NCBI GenBank assembly: GCA_025201805.1
Contig: MU619397.1
Span: 1-64,000, forward strand
DNA from: Parasitella parasitica NRRL 2501
Lineage: Eukaryota; Fungi; Mucoromycota
DNA: 64,000 nucleotides
Direction: 5' to 3'
The position numbers and the translations under genes are program-made. Below the pieces are notes generated by a model. It had not been told where the DNA came from. It did no database searches and saw nothing but the letters and a program-made list of their open reading frames with translations. The stretch's first letter is position 1; the number at the start of each line of letters is the position of its first letter. This document shows positions 54,721-64,000 of the stretch, piece by piece.

Positions 54721-56450
54721 CTAATTGTTTTTGATGGACGGACAAGAGTTTGTTCGTAAATTGACATTCTTTGGTGCAAAACCTTGCTCCCAAGCCAGTA
54801 AATAATCCCAATGAGGGTTGACATGATCTTCAGTCTTGTAAGTCCAATAAAACCATCCTATACCAGCTTCATAGGCATCCATTTGCTTCTCCATGAATTG
54901 CAACAAGAAATTTTTGTATTCAGGTGTAAACGCTGTCCAGTCGTCGACACCAACACATGAGCATGTTGGACACACAGGCGCTGTTGGTGCTCCTTCTTGC
55001 TCAAGAGTCCCGTCAAATCGAGCGCCCAATCCTACGCCATTCAGATATTTGGCACAATCATTTGTAGCGACAGAAAATTCGCCCACCATCGTAGGACCCA
55101 CATGGATAGACGCTTCCCCAATGTCTTTTTTCCATGCTGTACAGGGAAACTCTGATTGCTGGGTTCTGGGCATCGATACAAGGCCATTATTAAAGATCAT
55201 GTATAAATGAGTTTCCAAAATAACGCGTTCGTATTGCTTTCCAAAAAAGCCATTCCATGCACTAAGAGGGAAGAAACCATCGTGGTAAGTTAACAGGGGG
55301 CCACGACCAGGACCGAGCAATTTGCGGATAGCATTGTAGCTTTTTTGATACCAATTTTTAACCTTGACAGCAGGGATTTTCATCATCGCAGGTTCATTCA
55401 AGACGCCAAATAAAGGGACAACGTTAGACCACTCGGGTTTATCAAAGAATCTTATCATTTCAGTTGCAATTTGAAGAGTTCTATCGCCATTGGACTCGCC
55501 CTCGGTACCGTTCAAGAAGCCGACCATGCCTGATTTACCAGAGTGATTCCAGCCATTTTGTGACCCAGGAGCAGTATGCAATTCTACCATGACACGGAGC
55601 CCATACTTTCTAGCCCACTGAATACCTTGTAGCAAGTATTGCCAGGAGATAAATGGAACATACGGCTCATCAGATAAAACTTGAACTGCCCAATGTCCTG
55701 TAGGGATACGAACATGATTGAATCCCATTTCGGCGATCCTCTTGAAATCGGCTTCCGTTACAAACGTATCATAATGATTTTGTAATTGCCTCTTGGCTTC
55801 CTCGGGTCCCAGTTTCTCGCATAGACTCCATTCGTCGACTACTGTTTGATTTGGACCAAATTGTTCGAATATTTTTGGCGTAATAAAGGGCTCAAGTACA
55901 AGCCATCCGCCTAAATTAATGCCACGGATACGATCCTCGGCGTTGTACCGAAAAGGCTTGTTGAGGGCAGGAGTGAAATTATGGGCTTGAACTGAATCAT
56001 CAAAAGGATCTTTGTAGTCTGGCGATCCAGGTGTAATAAGGTGAGGATTGCTGCCTGGATTGTTACGGGATGATCTTTGCTGATGCTCATCTTTTGCACT
56101 AATGCCAAAGACGACCAGTGGGATGACAATTGCAGCCAAAACGAGCAATGTTATAGACGTTACAAGTAATGCCACTCTAGTTTTGTTTGACTTGAATTTT
56201 CCCCATAATGTGGTGGGAGCAGAAGGAGGATTAACACCGCCAGGAACACTAGAATGTGTTTGATGTGTCGAAGTATTCGCCTTGATTTTCTCATCAATGT
56301 CAATGTGATTGATGCTTGGCTCTCTTGATAAAGCCCAACTCACTGGATCTGCTTGTTGCTTGTAATAGCTCTCTTGTGAGTTTATATCTATGGTGGTAGT
56401 ATTAATGTTTATATTCAGTCCACATATATAAAACTATGCATACTTTGCAT
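54721..56450 (-). CDS. GH5 glucan 1,3-beta-glucosidase with N-terminal TM anchor (ExgD-like)
   Basis: RGINLGGWLVLEPFITP, NHVRIPTGHWA, HTAPGSQNGWNHSG, LNEP (acid/base), VGEFS (nucleophile) and GWFYWTYK. A tiny first exon at 56450 is inferred. Confidence 0.92.
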
Positions 56451-56694
56451 TGCAAACTGAATAATTCTGGAGAAACAAGAGAGAGAGAAACAAGGTAAGG
56501 AATTGAAGATATTGTCTAATTTTCATTTCGACGCCGAAAGAACAGACAGTTTGTTTGTTTTTCATTTTAGAACAGTATAAAATTTTATGTATACAATAGC
56601 AAACAAACTTGATGTCTGTGCACTGTATATTGCGAATGGTGAATTTAGGTGTATTTGTTTATTGAAATTAAAAATTAAGAAAATTAGGCGAAAT

Positions 56695-57479
56695 TTAACA
56701 ACATCCACCAGATTGTTTGGGTTCGAGAGAGGCACCTTGGCCAACCCTGACAGTGGGTTTAGCCTGAGATTGCTGCATAGTTGAACCCATTCTATCCTTG
56801 ATTTGCTTAGCCATAGTCAAGAAAGCTTGTTCAACATTGGTAGCGTCCTTGGCTGAGGTCTCCAAAAGAGATATGTTGATTTGTTCAGCAAAATCTTTTG
56901 CTTCTTCAGAATCAACCATCTTTTTATCAACTAAATCACTTTTGTTACCAACCAATAACTTGTTGACTCCTTCAGCTGCATATCTATCAATCTCTTGCAA
57001 CCATTGCTTCACATTATCGAACGAATCTTTATCAGTAACATCATAAACAACAATGATACCATGTGCTCCTCTATAATAAGATGAAGTGATTGTGCGGAAA
57101 CGTTCTTGCCCAGCAGTATCCCACTAAGAAAAAATTAGATTCTTTCATTTTCATCATTGTTGAAACAAGTAACACTTACAATCTGTAGTTTTACAGTTTT
57201 CCCTTCCAATTCTATAGTTCTGATTTTCTATATTTTTCAAACCTTTTAACAACATAGCACATAAATCCAAATATATAAAAATATTACAAAATCGACACCA
57301 ATAGTAGAAATATAGCTCTCGGTGTATGTATCGTCAGCAAAACGAAGCAAAAGACAGGATTTTCCAACTCCAGAGTCGCCAATGAGCAAAAGTTTAAACA
57401 AATAATCGCTATTTATCATGTCAATACACACAGTTTTTTAACTTTTTTGCTTCTATAATACTTACTACTCGGGGTTCAT
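56695..57479 (-). CDS. YPT1: Rab1 GTPase
   Basis: [65 protein letters not shown] and C-terminal GGCC. Confidence 0.97.
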
Positions 57480-58706
57480 TTCTTTCTTTTATATTGTTTT
57501 GGTATTTTACAAGAAAAGAAAGACTATTTGTATATTATAAAGAACTCGCTCTTTGATAAACGCCTTTGCTTGTGCTTGCACCGGCTACTCAAAAATTTAG
57601 GGCAAAGAGTCACGATACACCCTTTCAAACCAATCATACAAGTGCATGACATGGTTTGTGTTACATTTTTGTTGGATAATATTGCATAGCAGCAAAGAAG
57701 GAAAAGAGATTAGCACACACATTATGTTGCTTTGGAAACAACACTTTGATATAGGGTAGTCATGGAAACAAAAATAGCGGATTCCAGACCTCACTGATTA
57801 ATCAAAGAGATTGTTTAAACGACATGAATATGAAACTAGTCATTTCATTTGGATGTAGACACACAAAATAACCGCTTTTTTTTTCTTTCATAACCTCCCT
57901 CTTCCTCGACTATATTTAGGCTTGGCATCACTGCCATAAAATTCAGATTACAACCAAACTTTTTTCCTATGATCTTAGAGTTTATTTGATAAGAGATAAT
58001 GAAATATACCTCGCTTTTTTTCTAGAATTAAAATTTGATTTGTATCTTGTTTTATGAGGTATGTAAATGATGTATATAATAATATAAACAGAGTTCTGGC
58101 AATATTGCAAATTGGCAAGAGGCAAATTTGTACTACATGTCAACAGGTCGAGGGCCAAAATTTACAACCCTTTTCAACATTTCATCATCATCAACGTTTT
58201 TGTATGAATTACTGTCTCTAATTGCATCGTATGGCACTAATACGAAGCAACACTGTTAGTTATCTTTACGCTAATGCAACAAAAGAAACACATGATAGAC
58301 AAATAATCACGCGTTCACACTCTGACATGAGTAACTTTATTCTATAACAAATTATGAACATGAACACCAGTTCCTCCTTGATTAACCCTAAACACATTCA
58401 AAATGAATTAACGGAGCAAGTACCTAGGCATTTTCAACTACTTGAAGAAACACGTCCCTACGAGATGTAGAGAAGACATGCGCTTTAGCTACAATCTCAT
58501 ACTATGATATAAATACACTTGTACTAAGCAATTTCTTCAAATATCTTATACCACTAAATTAAATTTTCATTAAAAATCCCACTTTTATGCCTTTACTTAT
58601 TTAGATGGGCTCTAAGTCAAACAAATCTGTATGTAAACATATCACATTTTGATTCACTGATATAGTGGAGTATCACATGTCTATTGCTATAAGACAGAAT
58701 TAGATA

Positions 58707-60903
58707 CAGTTGACTGATTAATTTTGTCAGTTTAAAAAAGATGAATGTCGTTTGGCAAAAAACAAATGTCACTAGCCTAAGAAAAAATATCTGTTGGCTC
58801 ATCAATTAGTTTCAAAAGTACGTACCTGCATTAAATAACCAGGGCGTTAACCTTGGTGGAAAGTTTCTGTTTTTGTTGTCTTGAGAAAATTGTCGGTCGT
58901 CTGCCTGTTTCCCTCAAGAATATTAAAATCCTTCTGAAGTTTAATACAGCTGCAAGATCTCGATTCCATAGTCGGTTTTCATTGCTTGAACACATACTGC
59001 TTCGACATCTTGAAGAAGGTCATTTTTCATAATCCAATGTTACGTGAGTTTATATATACTTTTTTGACCTTTTTAGGCCATGACACTTTACAGTGAGCAT
59101 TTCGTGGTGTTGATTTGGCTCTAGGGTTTTGGATTGTTTAAAGCTTGCCGCCACAGCCTGGGCAGTACAAAGATGTCTTGTATTCGCCAATGGGATAAAC
59201 TTTATAACCATTCTTTTGCAGCATCTTGACTGGGGGCTCTTTTCAGGAGGTATCGCAGCTCTGTTTAATGATACTGGCACCAACTCCATCAGTTTCAAGA
59301 GTACCTTTGAAGCTTAAAGATCCTTGACTATAGATCCCCAGTTCTCGAGTTGACTCCTTGGCATCAAAGATTTCCTGCTTTGAATAATATGGTGGTGGAT
59401 AATCTTGTTGTCTAACGTCATGTAGCAAGGAATAAACGTTGTTCTTGACGGGAAACAGAAAAATTGCTTTAGCTGCACCGATTCAAACAATTCAGCAAGT
59501 TTAAGAAAGGCTTTGAAGTGGTTTTCTGGATTAGCCTTTACATCGTAGAAGATTGAGCCCATTTTAAACTTGTAATTTTCTGGGTATGCCGACAAGAAAG
59601 TTTGTACTTTTGATTTTGATGATTCATTCAAAATATCAACGTTGGGCATGCCTTTTTTGGTTACAGCTTGTATAACTTGGGTTACAGGGACTGTAAGCCT
59701 TTTGTCGTATCGCTTCTTTAATAGCTTCTTCACTAAACGCATTGGACGCCATTTCTTTACGGATGGTATCCGCTCTTTCTTTTTTTTCACAGAGCTTATT
59801 TAGTAGAGTTCGCAATCTATTTCCAAAATGGGTCTTTATGTTGTTAAGATAGGCAGTTTGGATCTTGGTGCACTCATATAGTGCTATTTGTTGAGCATTC
59901 ACCAGTTTGATTGGAGTATAATTCGCGTCTTCCAAGTAAGATTGTTGATATTTTGCTATGAACTTCCTTTACTCTGCAGTCGTGTCTTTAAGCTTAACAG
60001 ACCTGCGGGTAGTATTTTGGATCAGAGACAAGAACACTTCCACAAAGAATTCTTTTCGTGGCCAGTTCTTCCAAGAACATGTATTTTGAAAAAGCAAATG
60101 TGTGAGTGATGACTGTATAAGTAGTATTCACTAGATTATACAATGGCTGCAAACATTCTGGTTTCCTCACCTTTTTTCTTGTTTTATCATCAAAGCTTTT
60201 CGTTGTAGAACCAGGTTTGGTAGCAGTAGAGTCAGACTTGGAAGCATTAACATTGGGTACATTCATGAAACTATCTGGTTGTGTAGTCTTGCTTGATTCA
60301 CCTATCATTAAACCTTGAGCATAGGTGTTACCAATTTCGTCTTTGGCCCTCTTTCTTGCAGAATTGTCGCTTTGTTTACCTATGTAATGGGTGTTTAAAA
60401 TGCTTTGACTCTTCAACACTTATGAATATAATGTGATAATACATACTTCTTTTTCTAAAGGTTACTGATAGCTGAAAATCATCGCCTGAATTGTCGGTTA
60501 TAATTTTTTCATATGTGTCTACCATCATAGCTTAAATTAGTAACGTTTTGATCCGCTTCTGTTCTTAAAAGACTTCTCTTCAGAGCAAGGAGTAGAAGTA
60601 TCCTTCCGACTTTACTTCATCTGTACTTTTCTGAAGGGAATAGTTATTTATACATTATGTCTTCAGAAAACTAGTTTAAAAAAGAAACGAATGTGTAGAA
60701 AAAAAACAAGACAAAAAATATTTATGGCGGATGCATTGTAGGTTCTAGTAACGACAATATGTGCTTTTGAATATGACAATTATTTTTGTCGAAATCGACA
60801 TCTAATTTTGAGGAAACACCATTTATTTTTTTCCAATAGACGTTTATATTCCAATAAACGCCATTTGTTTTTTCAAAATGGACAAAATTTACTGGTTGCA
60901 CTG
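58707..60903 (-). mobile_element. Non-autonomous Tc1/mariner-like element enclosing a Fanzor1 remnant
   Basis: Both ends read TA|CAGT inward: CAGTTGACTGATTAATTTTGTCAGTTTAAAAAAG at 58707 and, as reverse complement from 60903, CAGTGCAACCAGTAAATTTTGTCCATTTTGAAAAAAC. The TIRs are diverged but colinear. Confidence 0.55.
58831..60620 (-). pseudogene. Fanzor1 (eukaryotic TnpB-like RNA-guided nuclease) pseudogene
   Basis: TAYLNNIKTHFG, YDVKANPENH, FCFPSRTTFIPCYMTLD, GTLETDGVG, VYPIGEYKTS..CPGC, CHGL-intron-RC and RLWNRDLAAVLNF..RPTIF (RuvC-III). Stops and frameshifts are present and the RuvC-I segment is missing. Confidence 0.88.
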
Positions 60904-62402
60904 TATACAAAGAGTCCATCAGATGGGCATTTAAGTCATCCCAGCAGAATATTTATGCTGTAGTGGTACAATCGACACATAGGGTAACATCACTAGTAAA
61001 AAAAAAAGGGTAGTGGAGTTACTGGATTTTGGGTAACTTGCGACTACACATAACTCTAAAGGACGAAATTATCAATTTTATGGTGGTTCTAGATTGTAGG
61101 TATATCAATTCAGTTTAGTGTATGATAGATGAGGGAGATTGAATCCATTATTTTTTTCACACTGGATATTCAGTGATTGACATGGCGGAAGGTTTTAAAA
61201 AATCAAAGGTTGATGCCGTCGATGATTTTAGCCTGCTTCCCACAAATTAACAAATGAAGCTAAGTTAAACTATACAATACCACAATGTAAGCGAATTAAC
61301 AATTCGAGCCAAGCACCGAGAGTCTGATAAAATAAAGCTGCCAAAGAGTTTCACTTTTACTTGTAACACATCAAAGGATGTATTACACACATTTTTTGCA
61401 TTAGGGTTCTGCTGTCTAAGTGCATAACGTAAATTATGACTATCCATGATAAACCGTAAGACCCTTGGACTGAGACTCTGATGTGAGACCTTGCCATTTT
61501 ATTGATATAACACCACCTCACACCAATATGAGCAGTATGTGATGGAAGTAAAAGCCGTACCCAAAGCTGTAGATCGCTGTAGTAGTAGTTGTGTATAATT
61601 GTGGTAGGTTGACATAACAAAACAAGAACAAAAGGCATGAATTTACCCAAGAGAATTGCAACTTGTTGCTGACCTTGCTTCTTCATACAATAGATAAATT
61701 GCTCTGGTATACATGCAGTTAGTTCGACATGAGCAGTATATTTCGAAGGTAACCATTAAAAACCTCTAGAAATCCTGAAAAACCAGTTTAAAAAGGGATA
61801 CCAAACATTCACAATTCATTTTGTGTTAATGCTCTAGCTCGTTTACGCTTGTTCTTGGACTTCGATTTCTCGCGAGGCAATCTTTCTTGTGCTGTGATCG
61901 CAATAAGATCGTGTAATGATTGACCACTTAATTTGGCAAATGTCATAAAACAACGGCTATGTTCACAATCAGGATCAGAAAATAAAGTGTGAAGTTGGAG
62001 AATTAGTTTGAAACTCAAATACAAGGCAGGTTTTTACGATCAATGTGATTATTATTCAAGGATTGCATGTCAATTAGAAAAATTGCTGTAGATCTTGACC
62101 CACAAATATCACAATTAGGTTTTTTCTGTTCTGATTGATTCTCGGAGCTGGCCTTGGGCTTTTTTTTAGTAGATAAATGCAGTTAGCAATTCGATTTATC
62201 AGGAAAATACAAACTATTTCAGAAAGAGATTGGAAAGTGGATATTTCATAGCATTAAGCAGTGTACCGGTACAATGGATAAAGGAGAATAAAAAATCCGC
62301 TTCGAAACGCAAGGATTTTTTGTTTCAATATTATCTTCTTTTGCCATAGCATTGTCATCAATTATCTTACAACGAATGGAAAAAACGATTGCCACTGAAT
62401 CA

Positions 62403-63305
62403 ATGTCAATGTTATTTACAACAAATATCGCCCAATCTCTCGTTTTGGCACCACCATCACCGTAAATTGATTGCATTATCCATCCCAACGAGCAGGGACC
62501 ACCTACGCAAGTATAAATTGATATTGTGAGGTATACATGGGAACATGTATCTGAGATACTTTTAGATACGGGTGATCCAGCAATATCTGCTCCGTATGCT
62601 TTTTTTTTTTTTTAGCTTTTTACGATGCATTATTTAAATTGGATCCTTCATTAAAACCACTGTTGACAAATATATTTCAACAAGCAAGAGCATTAGCTGG
62701 TATGCTTTCTTATATAGCAAGAGCACCAAGCGTCACAGGGCCAAAGAAAGCTCGATTAAAAACGTTAAAAACTGAAAACTATACCAGTGAATCGGAAAGA
62801 CTGCCAACCATTCGAGAAATTAATGCCAAAAAACGAAAAGAGACCAATGCAACCGCTTTTCCATAGTTAGTTTGTAGTGTAACTACCAATAATGATTCAG
62901 AAGAAAAGAACGATAAAGAAGGAGATCCAGAGAGGCTGGTAAACAAACTTTGAGAATTAGGTGCAATGCATTATTTTTACATTATGGAGCCTAAATATTT
63001 GACATTGATGGGGCAAGCTCTACTCTCGGCTTTGAAACTTAGACTGGGAAAGGAATTTATACCAGAAGTGGCAGAAGCTTGGACAAAAGTAAGTCGCTGA
63101 TTTGAAAATAGACACGTTTAGATTTCGACAGCAGTTTTGAATCGTTGAGGCACATGCTTATGCTGCTAACCAAATAAAAATTGGCTTGAAATCACAAGCA
63201 GTTTCGAAAAAGGAAAACGGAAATCGGCTACAGTAAAGACGAATTTTCCTTCAAAAGATGCTCATCACAAAATTAGTTCGAGATCAAATTGGTTAATTCA
63301 ATAAA
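62403..63305 (+). pseudogene. Globin-like pseudogene (end approximate)
   Basis: IDIVRYTW..FYDALFKLDPSLKPL..QARALAGML..L*ELGAMHYFY..MGQALLSALKLRLGKEFIPEVAEAW follows the globin helix pattern with the proximal His. Several in-frame stops and a poly-T expansion. Confidence 0.8.
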
Positions 63306-64000
63306 TTGTTGTGCCAGTGTCAAAGGGCGCAACAAAATGTTATGTAAATGTTATTTTATAAGAAGTAATAAAGTCTTTTTTGAATAAAACCAAATGCAAA
63401 ACTGAAGACTGATGTATACGCACTGCTACATCTTCACTATATCAATTCCTACAAGTACTACGTTTGCTGGTTTACTGCGAATATATTATATGATTGTATC
63501 AGATACGAATAAGTATAATAAATAAGACTTATCTGACCCCATTAAGCCGAGGACATGCCCGAGGACTCCTGCTTAAAAGTGTCCCGATGACAATAAATAA
63601 CTCCTACAAATAAGGCTATTTAATTGGCCATGATCCATCTTTACTGTCCTGAGTGTGTTTGTTGTGAGTGTTTGTTTAATTTTTGGCATTTTGTGATTCA
63701 AAGTATACATTTCACATTCAAGCTATTAGATATAAGACAAACCTTTGAGTAAGACATCCTTGGCACATTTTTTTTACTGTAATACGCCGGTTTTGACTTA
63801 AAAACATACTCAAGTTCCATCTTCGAATATAAATACTGCTGAATTACACATACAAGTTTAAATATATAGTACCTAAAATTTTAATTATCTCAGTAACAAG
63901 CAAAAATGTATGATCCCAAAAACGCGATTCCCCAATTCCATCCTTCCGGAAATGCTGAAATGGATTTAAGAATGAGAGCATCTCAACAACGAATCCATCA

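Noticed and set aside
61260-62030. Coding-like debris beyond the Fanzor element
   Set aside because: Short broken frames with no motif I can assign; possibly transposon remnants but unsupported.
63542-63576. TTAAGC..GCTTAA inverted repeat enclosing two CCGAGGAC direct repeats
   Set aside because: Too short to distinguish from chance without other copies.

Overview
Intron-rich, gene-dense fungal DNA. Gene families and repeat types point to Mucorales (Mucor-like); this is an inference. It is a draft scaffold with three N-gaps. About 22 apparently intact genes include O-fucosyltransferase/CigA-like, PRX5, HIT1, NAT3, YAK1, an inositol 5-phosphatase, DUF726, a Zap1-like zinc finger, UBC6, a monoglyceride lipase, OSH3, GUT1, yippee, MSH5, SEC18, PRP39, a BRCT protein, CK1, a sugar porter, a GH5 glucanase and YPT1. 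Highlight 1: a complete TPP riboswitch aptamer (54305-54393) lies in the spliced 3' UTR of a sugar-porter MFS gene whose sugar-binding residues are replaced. Its P5 arm can pair (15 of 16 positions) over an upstream 5' splice site, predicting a thiamine-regulated, repurposed transporter under plant-THIC-like control. Highlight 2: a TIR element family carries a PD-(D/E)XK-type nuclease with no visible DDE transposase; it occurs twice, once inside a 1653-bp near-perfect inverted duplication. Highlight 3: a decayed Fanzor1 sits between TA-CAGT Tc1/mariner-like ends. Also present: an intronless XPG/FEN1-like PIN nuclease, a Walker-B D-to-N MSH5, convergent genes with overlapping stop codons, an orphan tandem gene family and a globin pseudogene. 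All calls come from reading motifs by eye; no database searches were run.
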